From a virus (Duplodnaviria; Heunggongvirae; Uroviricota; Caudoviricetes): DNA of 35,821 nucleotides. The stretch is from the IMG/VR virus record IMGVR_UViG_2698536369_000023; one strand, 5' to 3'. The notes under the pieces are model-generated. The model ran no database searches, was not told where the DNA came from, and saw only the letters and a program-made list of their open reading frames with translations. Positions within the stretch are counted from its first letter, which is position 1; each line of letters begins with the position of its first letter. The position numbers and the translations under genes are program-made. Positions 1 to 7,452 of the stretch are shown piece by piece.

Positions 1-1020
1 CTACTTGCTAACCACGAGCGGCAGATCCAGTGTTGGTGTGATTTTTGTTTTACGATCGTAAATCAACACCTGATTTTCTGTTTTATGCCCGCTGAAAATT
101 TGTTTGTCGCGACTGCTGCCTTCGTAATCTGAGATCCCCTTGGCTTTTATGTCGTGAAAATTGCACCCGAACGGAACGCCAACTTTTTGCTCGGCTGAGC
201 GTTTAGCCTGATTCCACCAGTTGTTCAGCGTTTTAGCTATGACTTTCCCGCCTTTGGTTGTATTGATCACATATTCGCATGTACAGGAAGATACATTTCG
301 GGCTAACTGGATCGCTGTACGTAATCGCGGTGACCATTCCTTGATTTGTTTGGTGCCGGTTTTGTTTTGCTCAATGTAGATCCCTTTATCCATAATATCC
401 TGCCATTTCAACTCAAGCACATCACCGAGCCTTGCCGCACAGAGATAGGAAATCTCCATTGCAATGCGTAACTGTGGAATTGCTTCCGCATATATCGCTG
501 CATACTGTTCATCGGTGATGTAAACAGTGCGGGCTTTAAGAGAGAATTTTCTGACTCCTTTACATGGGTTATTCTTCACGTATCCACGCTCATATCCCCA
601 CCCGTATACTCGACTCAGGCTTGCCAGTTCATGATTTGCCTGGGTCTTGCTCTCAAGCCCTCGTTTATCCATGAAAATTCTTACCTGCTCAGTTTTGACA
701 TTATCAGCAAGCACTTTTCCGAATACCATCAGCAACGCCTTCTGATGTTGTCGATAATCTTTTTGGGTTCGGGGGGCCAGTTCTGTAAATGCAGGGGAGT
801 CCATAAACATGTGCCATAATTTAGCTACGGTCATTATGTTGTGGAGTTTTGCTTTTTCCAGTTCATAATTTTGCCAGACTTTAGCTACGCTGGTTTTCCG
901 CACTCTTCCTAGCCCTATAGTTCTTGTACTTCCTTCTGGTTTCCACACGTAACTGTAACCATTCGATCTAACCCGCGGTGGCAGTACATTATCTTTTTTA
1001 TTTTTTCTTGGTCTTCCCAT
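1..1020 (-). CDS. int: Tyrosine-type site-specific integrase
   Basis: 339-aa ORF with stop at 1-3; phage integrase-like sequence throughout; first gene at the prophage end, overlapped by a small upstream xis-like gene. Confidence 0.88.
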   Translation of the reverse strand: MGRPRKNKKDNVLPPRVRSNGYSYVWKPEGSTRTIGLGRVRKTSVAKVWQNYELEKAKLHNIMTVAKLWHMFMDSPAFTELAPRTQKDYRQHQKALLMVFGKVLADNVKTEQVRIFMDKRGLESKTQANHELASLSRVYGWGYERGYVKNNPCKGVRKFSLKARTVYITDEQYAAIYAEAIPQLRIAMEISYLCAARLGDVLELKWQDIMDKGIYIEQNKTGTKQIKEWSPRLRTAIQLARNVSSCTCEYVINTTKGGKVIAKTLNNWWNQAKRSAEQKVGVPFGCNFHDIKAKGISDYEGSSRDKQIFSGHKTENQVLIYDRKTKITPTLDLPLVVSK

Positions 1021-1240
1021 TGTTCAGCGCCTCAAAATCGGGTTCAGCAGAAACCAGTTCAGATGTTTTTGGCATCGTTGTCAGTCCGTGTGGAATATCC
1101 CTGCGTAGAACTATTGGTTCGTTTTTAGGACCGATTACAAATGGGATGCCGTGCAGTCTTAACTGGTGTTGCTGTTTTGTGTATCGCTCGTATTTCGTGA
1201 TCTCTTTAATCTCTGCTGGAGATAGAGTTAATTCGTACAT
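998..1240 (-). CDS. xis: Putative excisionase / small DNA-binding protein
   Basis: 80-aa basic ORF immediately upstream of int and overlapping its start by 23 nt; canonical xis position. Sequence not matched to a specific family from memory. Confidence 0.5.
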   Translation of the reverse strand: MYELTLSPAEIKEITKYERYTKQQHQLRLHGIPFVIGPKNEPIVLRRDIPHGLTTMPKTSELVSAEPDFEALNNGKTKKK

Positions 1241-1307
1241 GTGGTCACGTGCCTTTACAGCATGACCGCCGCCACTATAGCTGGTGGGCGGCGATATGGG
1301 TTGAACA

Positions 1308-3800
1308 TTAAAAATCAGCCTGACTCGGGATCAGTTTTTGCCAGATAGCTGAAACGTATTTTGCCTGATAACGGGCGTCATCAAGTGCATTATGGCGCTC
1401 ACCTTCGAATGGGGTAGCAGTTCTGGCATCGAAGTCTATGGCTTTCCCCAGCTCAACGATTGTGCGTACATCGCGATCGTTGTAGTAACGCCACGGGCAG
1501 GGGATCCCCTGCCGTTCGTATGAACGGCGCAAAATCGTGTTGTCGAAGTTGGCTCCATTTCCCCAGACCTGAACAAAAAACTCACCGGAGTTTTCGTCGA
1601 TAAATTCCCGCAATTGTAACAGTGCATCATCTAACGGGATTTCATCGGTCATAATGGCAGACTGCGCTTCACGTGATTGCTTCAGCCACCTTTTAATGAC
1701 GTCACGATCAATGACTCCGCCAGCAGTTTCCAGATCGATAGTCTTACTAAATTCCGGTCCCATATCTCCGGTTTGCGGATCGAAAAATATTGCACCTATT
1801 GAGATAATCGGGGCATCAGGATTTTTTCCCATGGTTTCAAGGTCGATCATTAGATGGTCACACGTCCTGCTGGTGGATGTGATTTCTTGATGACCGTTCA
1901 CCTTAATTGAGTGATCTGCCGTCTCGCCAGTTTCATTATCGCTATCGTGATGCTGATTGCCGCCAGTGTTCTCCTTGTGTGGATGTTCAGCGCCTTCCAT
2001 TTCCTCCGGATCATCTTCCTGAACTTCAGGCTGATACTCTTCATCGAATGTTTCCTGGTATGTTGCGTCGCCCATTACCGCGCCACAATCAGGGCAGTTG
2101 CCGCCGCCGGTCTGACCGCAGGCGGTGCAGACTTTTTCCACTTCCTGTTGCGCCACTGATTCAGGCTGTTTCGTTTCTGGCTCGTTTTGTAACGCATTTG
2201 GGCTGTTTTGTAACGCATTTGGGCTGTTTTGTTCCGCTTTCTGGTCGTTCTGTTCCGTTTCTTGCTGGTTCTGGTTCACAGAATCGCGGGTCTGGTTCCC
2301 CTTAACCCATTTCGGATCATTCGGGTCGCTAATCCCTTCAACAAATTCACCACGTGATACTGCAAGCAGTTCATCGGCGTCAGGCTGGCTGATATTGGCT
2401 GCCTGCATAATTTTGTTTACTTCGTCAGCGGTAACTTTTACTGACCCTGGTTGTGCGGTCGTGTCAGATGCACCAGTATTTTGTTGTGAACCTGAGTATG
2501 TACCGTTTTTGCGGGCGAAATATTCTTCTTTCGTGATTTCAGTAGCCCCAGCAGACAGCGCCTTATCCAGACCAGAAAGTTTGTTTGCGCGACCGTATTT
2601 TTCGCCATCCTTGTCGGTGAAGAGGAAGTAGAACGGCCCCTCACGTTCTACAGATGGTTCGACTTCCACTTTGCATTCGGTTTTTTCGTTGTCCGGAATT
2701 GCCGTTTCCACTGCATCAGTTTCTGGTACTGGCGACGAGAGAGTATCAGTTGCGCTCTGATTTGTTCCTTCATCTTCAAACACGCCCTTTGTAGTCAGGT
2801 ATTCAGTAATGTATTTGTTCAGTGCCACAGGGTCTTTGTGAATGTCGATCGGACGTTCACGGACAAGGCCAAAAATAGTCTGGCGGTCGTAGCGAAGGGC
2901 ATCAGGCTGTTTGCGCATTGATGCCGAGATACGCTTCCAGTCTTCGCGGTCGTTGTCGATAACTTCATTTTTTGCCCAGCGATGGATGCTGCCGTCAATG
3001 TTTCCGGCATCCACATCACCAGGCCAGAGAGCGTAGGCCAGTTCGTCATCCAGTGTTTTCCATGTCTGCTTGTATTCGCGATGAATGGCAGCAATGACCG
3101 GGTTGATTTTTCCTGTTGAATTTTCAGTGTGCTGTTGATTGGCTCTGGCGCGGGCGAGATCAACAACAGACGTGTATTTTCCGGCTTCCTTGCGTTCACC
3201 TTCGCGACGTTTTTTCCAGATGCGCATCTCTGCCTGAATTTCGGGCCATTTGGCACCAGGCTTACATTTATGCTTAACCCACCCGATGGCATGCAGCTTA
3301 AGCTCCGGATACATGGCGTTAACTTCTGGCATTTTCATCAACGCTTCAACGATATGTCCGTCGAATGTTGCCATGTCTTCCTGCAACAGTTCCTGCGCGC
3401 TAATCACCATATCAACGGTGATGTTTTCACATGTGTCGAACTTAACCATGACAGCGTTCTGTACTTCAGGGGCCAGCTTGTCAAAAGTGACGTTCATCGG
3501 ATCTGATTCAGTCTCAACCGGGACAAAGGAAGCAGACGCCTCATCCCAGCGGTTTTCCTGCATATATTCAGCATCCCAGGAATCTAGGGCAGGGCGGGGT
3601 ATACCGGGTTTATCCTCGCAGACAAGAAATTTATAAGCGCAGTCCTGAGCAGCCGGATAATGTTCCAGGAATTGCCAGTGAAATTTTGCGCGGGCGCGAC
3701 GTTCATCACCGGCTTCAATGGCAGTGGCTACAGCGACGGCACCTTCTTCCTTTATTGCCTGTTCGTCCGGAATGGCGGCGCAAATAAAGACTTTACTCAT
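1308..3800 (-). CDS. Large phage exonuclease (exodeoxyribonuclease VIII-like N-terminal region, Cys4 zinc ribbon, C-terminal DEDD-type 3'-5' exonuclease-like domain)
   Basis: 830-aa ORF. C-terminal motifs MIDLETMG ... HNALDDARYQA resemble DnaQ-like exonuclease motifs; CTACGQTGGGNCPDCGA is a zinc ribbon. No bet/recT/erf-type annealing protein is adjacent. Confidence 0.7.
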   Translation of the reverse strand: MSKVFICAAIPDEQAIKEEGAVAVATAIEAGDERRARAKFHWQFLEHYPAAQDCAYKFLVCEDKPGIPRPALDSWDAEYMQENRWDEASASFVPVETESDPMNVTFDKLAPEVQNAVMVKFDTCENITVDMVISAQELLQEDMATFDGHIVEALMKMPEVNAMYPELKLHAIGWVKHKCKPGAKWPEIQAEMRIWKKRREGERKEAGKYTSVVDLARARANQQHTENSTGKINPVIAAIHREYKQTWKTLDDELAYALWPGDVDAGNIDGSIHRWAKNEVIDNDREDWKRISASMRKQPDALRYDRQTIFGLVRERPIDIHKDPVALNKYITEYLTTKGVFEDEGTNQSATDTLSSPVPETDAVETAIPDNEKTECKVEVEPSVEREGPFYFLFTDKDGEKYGRANKLSGLDKALSAGATEITKEEYFARKNGTYSGSQQNTGASDTTAQPGSVKVTADEVNKIMQAANISQPDADELLAVSRGEFVEGISDPNDPKWVKGNQTRDSVNQNQQETEQNDQKAEQNSPNALQNSPNALQNEPETKQPESVAQQEVEKVCTACGQTGGGNCPDCGAVMGDATYQETFDEEYQPEVQEDDPEEMEGAEHPHKENTGGNQHHDSDNETGETADHSIKVNGHQEITSTSRTCDHLMIDLETMGKNPDAPIISIGAIFFDPQTGDMGPEFSKTIDLETAGGVIDRDVIKRWLKQSREAQSAIMTDEIPLDDALLQLREFIDENSGEFFVQVWGNGANFDNTILRRSYERQGIPCPWRYYNDRDVRTIVELGKAIDFDARTATPFEGERHNALDDARYQAKYVSAIWQKLIPSQADF
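2184..2232. repeat. In-frame 21-bp tandem repeat (about 2.3 copies) inside the exonuclease gene
   Basis: gttttgtaacgcatttgggct repeated head-to-tail; on the coding strand it gives the NSPNALQ NSPNALQ peptide repeat. Confidence 0.8.
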
Positions 3801-3879
3801 TTTGTTTTACCTCATTACAGATTTAAGGGTGAACAAATCCCTGCCATTGCTGGCATATAAAAATGAAACTGGATATTAA

Positions 3880-4083
3880 TTACGGCGCTGTTTTTAATCC
3901 TGCCGGGATTTCGTTATTGTCCATGTGAATAACTTTATCGACCGGATAACAGTTGCCGGGAATTTTCTGTTCGGTTGCTGCAGTCATACACTCCTGCATT
4001 GTCCTGTGAACACTGACTGCAATATCAACTGGCTCTCCGGAAACAAGAAAAACTGTCAGAACAAGCGCAAATGCAGAATTCAT
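3880..4083 (-). CDS. ydfD: YdfD-like small secreted/membrane protein (Qin-type dicB operon, last gene)
   Basis: Start at the internal Met MNSAFALVLTVFLVSG (signal-peptide-like) preceded by AAGGA N8 ATG; ATGA overlap with the dicB stop. The track ORF 3880-4137 is the N-extended version. Confidence 0.6.
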   Translation of the reverse strand: MNSAFALVLTVFLVSGEPVDIAVSVHRTMQECMTAATEQKIPGNCYPVDKVIHMDNNEIPAGLKTAP

Positions 4084-4268
4084 TGTGCACATCCTTTTGG
4101 CATCAGACGTAAACGAGCCAGCATTGAAACAATGCATATTTTATTTAATAGCTCCCGTTCTTGTTTTCTCTTGTTAATGGCATCTTCAGTAAATACAGGG
4201 TTACTGATAGTGACACCAATTTCAAAACAACCTTCAGACGTATTAACGTTTGGTAATAACGTTTTCAT
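4083..4268 (-). CDS. dicB: Cell division inhibitor DicB
   Basis: 62-aa product MKTLLPNVNTSEGCFEIGVTISNPVFTEDAINKRKQERELLNKICIVSMLARLRLMPKGCAQ matches recalled DicB; GAGGA N7 ATG RBS. The longer track ORF 4080-4373 is an N-terminal over-extension. Confidence 0.8.
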
Positions 4269-4437
4269 TATCGCGTCCTCAACAATGAATTTTGTGATGC
4301 AGTGCCTGGTGCCTCCAGGTGACGTTAACCAGTTAACAATTAACGCCGGATACAGAGAATCCACCCATAACACTGTTTTTGGTTTTAACTGTTCCGCGTG
4401 CGCTTAGCCGCATTCACCGCATCACAAAATTCACTTT

Positions 4438-4495
4438 AAAAAGGGCGGCAGAGCAGTCACGGAGTAAAACTGATACCGCCAAACGTCACCAGAAA
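4438..4495 (-). ncRNA. dicF: DicF small regulatory RNA (ftsZ-targeting antisense sRNA)
   Basis: Reverse complement of 4438-4495 reads TTTCTGGTGACGTTTGGCGGTATCAGTTTTACTCCGTGACTGCTCTGCCGCCCTTTTT, matching recalled DicF; it lies between ydfC and dicB as in Qin. Confidence 0.75.
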
Positions 4496-4835
4496 ATTGA
4501 TAACAGAGGGCGTTGCAGCGGGGTTGTCACTTAAGCGTATGGTCAACCTGACAACTCGGTGTCCTCAACGGGGAAGGAATAACCCCGCCATACTTACCGC
4601 CGCGCCATTTCGCGGAGTGCCACAACCGGAAGCGCACGGTCGACGAAAATTTAACGACAGGCTATCTATGAACCAGCTACCTCGCCGTGCGCTTTCGCGT
4701 TATGGTCTGACTTTTCAGGGAAATATCCTTTCAGTAAACTGTCAGTGCCGGATGCTCACCCGTGTCCGGCGCACGCACTCCACCTCACCCGTGGAGAACT
4801 CCTTAATTACCAACCTTAGCTTCGTTGGTTAGCTA

Positions 4836-5054
4836 TTAACGCGGGTATGTAATCATTCTGGCAATGCTTAATGCCGCTGCTTTTTCCAGATTGGTGATAT
4901 CCTGCTCCAGAGCGGACAGATTTTCAGCCTGCTTAGCCCTGGCTTCATTGGCCCATTTCAGATCCTGCGCTGCATTAATTTTCTGGCGCATCCACTCATA
5001 AAGTTCATCATCGGTATAGTCTGGCGCGATGATGACGGGTTCTCGTTTCTGCAT
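4836..5054 (-). CDS. ydfC: YdfC-like protein (dicB operon)
   Basis: 72-aa ORF with GAGGA N6 ATG RBS; sequence MQKREPVIIAPDYTDDELYEW... matches recalled YdfC. Confidence 0.7.
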   Translation of the reverse strand: MQKREPVIIAPDYTDDELYEWMRQKINAAQDLKWANEARAKQAENLSALEQDITNLEKAAALSIARMITYPR

Positions 5055-5083
5055 ACTGATTCCTCGCGGTGCTGTTTCGCTTA

Positions 5084-5212
5084 TCAGCCGTTAGATTTTG
5101 CCGAACTGGAAAGCGCCTGTTTAAATTCGTTGAAGCTGAGAGCTTCTTCGCCGTCGGCAAGACCTTCGAAGTATTCTTCGTAAGCCTTTTCCATGATTGT
5201 GTCGAAATCCAT
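5084..5212 (-). CDS. ydfB: YdfB-like small acidic protein (dicB operon)
   Basis: 42-aa ORF MDFDTIMEKAYEEYFEGLADGEEALSFNEFKQALSSSAKSNG found by manual translation (below the track's size cut-off); AGGTGA RBS; starts 2 nt after the ydfA stop. Confidence 0.6.
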   Translation of the reverse strand: MDFDTIMEKAYEEYFEGLADGEEALSFNEFKQALSSSAKSNG

Positions 5213-5213
5213 A

Positions 5214-5369
5214 TCACTCACCTGAGTTTCTTTCCAGCCAGCGACGGGCACCATTTTCGGTTTTAAACGTTTTGCTTTTGGTATACGTCATCACGGTGAA
5301 CGTACCGTCCTGGTTGGGGAACACGCCACATACCAGAGATTCGTTGTTGCCAAGATTGAGCATATCCAT
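5214..5369 (-). CDS. ydfA: YdfA-like protein (first gene of dicB operon)
   Basis: 51-aa product MDMLNLGNNESLVCGVFPNQDGTFTVMTYTKSKTFKTENGARRWLERNSGE with GAGG N5 ATG RBS. The track ORF extends to 5450; that alternative start cannot be excluded. Confidence 0.6.
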   Translation of the reverse strand: MDMLNLGNNESLVCGVFPNQDGTFTVMTYTKSKTFKTENGARRWLERNSGE

Positions 5370-5576
5370 GTTGACCTCATTTCCCCTTAACGCCGGGGTA
5401 GCGGAACAAAAACCTGCTGCATAGTTATTAAAGTTGAACCCTGCCGTCATGTTCTTACGCCTCGGGCTGGCTACTTAACCCCTGACCACTGCCGGGTAAC
5501 TCGAAGTATTGCCTGGCGTTCTGTGGGGCGGGGTGGGTTGATGAATGAACAATACCACTACTATTTAATTATGTAA

Positions 5577-5589
5577 ATAGCATTGCTAT
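5577..5589. promoter_or_regulatory. Candidate leftward operator (O_L-like): 13-bp palindrome ATAGCATTGCTAT upstream of the dicB operon
   Basis: Perfect inverted half-sites ATAGCA / TGCTAT around one central base; the same TGCTAT half-site recurs twice in the repressor-cro intergenic region. Confidence 0.45.
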
Positions 5590-5600
5590 TATCGTGGCAA

Positions 5601-5625
5601 GAAAAAAACCACCCGAAGGTGGTTG
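5601..5625 (-). terminator. Rho-independent terminator ending the repressor-antitoxin-toxin transcript
   Basis: Minus-strand hairpin AACCACC-TTCG-GGTGGTT followed by a run of 7 T, 14 nt downstream of the toxin stop. Confidence 0.65.
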
Positions 5626-5638
5626 TTGACAGGAAGGA

Positions 5639-5929
5639 TTAACAGGTTTTGTTTGGATACTGTCTTCGTGAGTGAACTACATTTACGATCTCGATGTTAG
5701 ATGCTGTTACTCGGTAAAGTATTATGTAGTTAGGATGAGTCACTATCTCACGAAGACTTGGAACTCTTTCGCTCGGTGGGTACAGATAAGGGTGTTCAGT
5801 AAGTGACAAAACTGATGTTTCAATGCGTATTTTTAGTCTACGTGCAGCGGGAGGGTTTTCCTTAGCAATATAGGCTACGATCTGACGTAAATCATCACGT
5901 GCAGAAGGTAGCCATAAAATGGGCAGCAT
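5639..5929 (-). CDS. parE: ParE/RelE-superfamily toxin (ParE2-like)
   Basis: 96-aa ORF with ParE-like sequence (plasmid stabilization toxin family); ATGA overlap with the upstream antitoxin. Confidence 0.75.
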   Translation of the reverse strand: MLPILWLPSARDDLRQIVAYIAKENPPAARRLKIRIETSVLSLTEHPYLYPPSERVPSLREIVTHPNYIILYRVTASNIEIVNVVHSRRQYPNKTC

Positions 5930-6120
5930 TACTCACTCCTGTTCGTTGCAGCTAATTGAGCAATAAGGTTTTCCATTTCAGCCATTACTTCGTCATGTGG
6001 AATTGCAGGACGGGGATCTGAGAGGCTTGCTGCCACTTTGGTTCGCAACCATTCGTTATAGCTGTTTTCTTGTTCGACTGTTTCAAATTCAGAAATTATC
6101 GGGGAAAGGGCTGTACTCAT
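5929..6120 (-). CDS. paaA: PaaA2-like antitoxin (63 aa)
   Basis: 63-aa acidic ORF directly upstream of and overlapping the ParE-like toxin; motif SEFETVEQENSYNEWLRTKV resembles recalled PaaA2 of the O157 paaR2-paaA2-parE2 system. Confidence 0.65.
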   Translation of the reverse strand: MSTALSPIISEFETVEQENSYNEWLRTKVAASLSDPRPAIPHDEVMAEMENLIAQLAATNRSE

Positions 6121-6137
6121 GTTTTTACCTCCTCAGA

Positions 6138-6638
6138 TTAGGCGCGACGACCCTTTTGCGCAGCTAGCCATCGCGCAACGATTTCTTCAATTGATTCTTT
6201 TTTCTCCTTCATTTCCTTAAGCATTTTCTCTTTATCTTCTTTGGGGAAAGCCCTGAACGTCTGGAGCAAATCCCGCTCCATGGGGTCTATATTAAACGGA
6301 AGTTCGTTTTCCGATTGTTCCATATCTGCAGATATAGTGACAACATTGTCCTCCCCAGATTCTTGGGGATACATCCTTACAATTTGTAACAACTCGGCCA
6401 TATCTGGTCTGATTGACTCGGGAGGAACTTGCAGCAACCCTGCGAACTTGATAACAGCCTCAAGATTTAAAGGTGTCTGACCATTTAGATAATGGCTTAC
6501 AGCTCCCTGTGTCGAAAATCCCAGAATTTCTGCCGCACGCTCTTGGGTTAACCCTAGTTGATTTTTTTTCGCCGTCCAGATTTCTTTCAGTCTCTGGGCG
6601 GCTTGCAGGTCGATCTCTGACAGGGATTTTCTTTTCAT
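6138..6638 (-). CDS. paaR: HTH (XRE/Cro-C1 type) transcriptional regulator; PaaR2-like and probably the prophage immunity repressor (no LexA-type peptidase domain)
   Basis: 166 aa with N-terminal HTH (LGLTQERAAEILGFSTQGAVSHYLNG); divergent from a Cro-like gene; 17-nt gap to the antitoxin; the ATG has almost no SD spacing (possibly leaderless). Confidence 0.65.
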   Translation of the reverse strand: MKRKSLSEIDLQAAQRLKEIWTAKKNQLGLTQERAAEILGFSTQGAVSHYLNGQTPLNLEAVIKFAGLLQVPPESIRPDMAELLQIVRMYPQESGEDNVVTISADMEQSENELPFNIDPMERDLLQTFRAFPKEDKEKMLKEMKEKKESIEEIVARWLAAQKGRRA

Positions 6639-6674
6639 ACCTTCAATTCTAATAAGATTATTAATCTCTTTGAA

Positions 6675-6687
6675 ATAGTGATGCTAT
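6675..6687. promoter_or_regulatory. Candidate operator O_R site 1 (ATAGTGATGCTAT)
   Basis: 13-bp near-palindrome sharing the TGCTAT half-site with the O_L candidate; ends on the first base of the proposed -35 of the rightward promoter. Confidence 0.4.
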
Positions 6688-6715
6688 TTACTTTTAAAAA
6701 TAACAATGCTATTAA
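6687..6715 (+). promoter_or_regulatory. Putative P_R-like sigma70 promoter for the cro-like operon
   Basis: -35 TTTACT (6687-6692), 17-nt spacer, -10 TATTAA (6710-6715), followed by RBS GAGGTG and ATG at 6746. Confidence 0.35.
6700..6712. promoter_or_regulatory. Candidate operator O_R site 2 (ATAACAATGCTAT)
   Basis: 13-bp near-palindrome 25 bp from site 1; overlaps the proposed -10 element. Confidence 0.4.
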
Positions 6716-6745
6716 TGATCGTGATGACATCACATGAGGTGAACA

Positions 6746-7021
6746 ATGAATCTTGGAGAATATTTGCATCATTCCGGTATAACTCAGAAGCATTTTGCTG
6801 AAATTGTTGGGGTAACCCAAGGGATGGTAAGCCATGTCATTACCGGACGGGCGAAACTTACGGGGAAAAAAATTTTACGCTGGTGCGAAGCAACAGGCTG
6901 GATAGTAACTCCGCACGAGATTGATGGCAGTACTTATCCCAACCCAACCGACGGCTTACCTGTCGAGTATCAGGCTAACACACAACCAGAGGCGGGGGTG
7001 ATTCATGAAAATCAAGCATGA
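6746..7021 (+). CDS. Cro-like HTH regulator (YdaS/Cro family)
   Basis: 91 aa with HTH motif QKHFAEIVGVTQGMVSHVITG; divergent from the repressor; RBS GAGGTG. Confidence 0.7.
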   Translation: MNLGEYLHHSGITQKHFAEIVGVTQGMVSHVITGRAKLTGKKILRWCEATGWIVTPHEIDGSTYPNPTDGLPVEYQANTQPEAGVIHENQA

Positions 7022-7430
7022 ACACATCCGCATGGCAATGAATGCCTGGGCGCATCCGGACGGCGAAAAAGTACCGGCTGCGAAAATTACCAAAGCGTAT
7101 TTCGAGCTGGGAATGACGTTCCCGGAACTGTATGACGACAGCCATCCGGAAGCCCTGGCTCGCAATACTCAGAAAATTTTCCGCTGGGTGGAGAAAGACA
7201 CCCCTGATGCGGTTAAAAAAATTCAGGCGTTGTTACCAGCTATCGAAAAAGCAATGCCACCTCTGCTGGTGGCCCGAATGCGCAGCCACAGTTCTGAATA
7301 TTACCGTGAGATCGTCGAACGGAGGGATCGGCTGGTGAAGGATGTCGATGATTTTGTTGCGTCAGCGGTTGTTTTGTATGACCAGATGAATCGCGGCGGC
7401 CCGGCAGGGAATGCTGTGGTGATGCACTAA
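7005..7430 (+). CDS. YdaT-family protein (CII-like position)
   Basis: 141 aa starting MKIKHEHI..., matching the recalled Rac YdaT N-terminus; overlaps the cro-like gene end by 17 nt. Confidence 0.55.
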   Translation: MKIKHEHIRMAMNAWAHPDGEKVPAAKITKAYFELGMTFPELYDDSHPEALARNTQKIFRWVEKDTPDAVKKIQALLPAIEKAMPPLLVARMRSHSSEYYREIVERRDRLVKDVDDFVASAVVLYDQMNRGGPAGNAVVMH

Positions 7431-7452
7431 AAGCACGGTGTTCGGGGGTTTT

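Noticed and set aside
1654-3636. Multiple plus-strand ORFs (78-168 aa) overlapping the exonuclease gene
   Set aside because: They are antisense to a long, well-supported minus-strand CDS, lack RBSs, and have Cys/Arg/Ser-rich low-complexity translations typical of spurious frames.
4497-4832. 111-aa plus-strand ORF in the ydfC-dicB spacer
   Set aside because: Arg-rich translation with a non-ATG start and no RBS; the region is instead explained by the minus-strand DicF sRNA and its precursor leader.
5008-5217. 69-aa minus-strand ORF overlapping ydfB and ydfC
   Set aside because: Arg-rich translation in an alternative frame; the same interval is better explained by the RBS-supported ydfB and ydfC.
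5370-5450. N-terminal extension of ydfA to a 78-aa ORF
   Set aside because: The internal Met with a GAGG N5 RBS gives the recalled 51-aa YdfA. The longer form is not excluded but is less consistent with the known protein.
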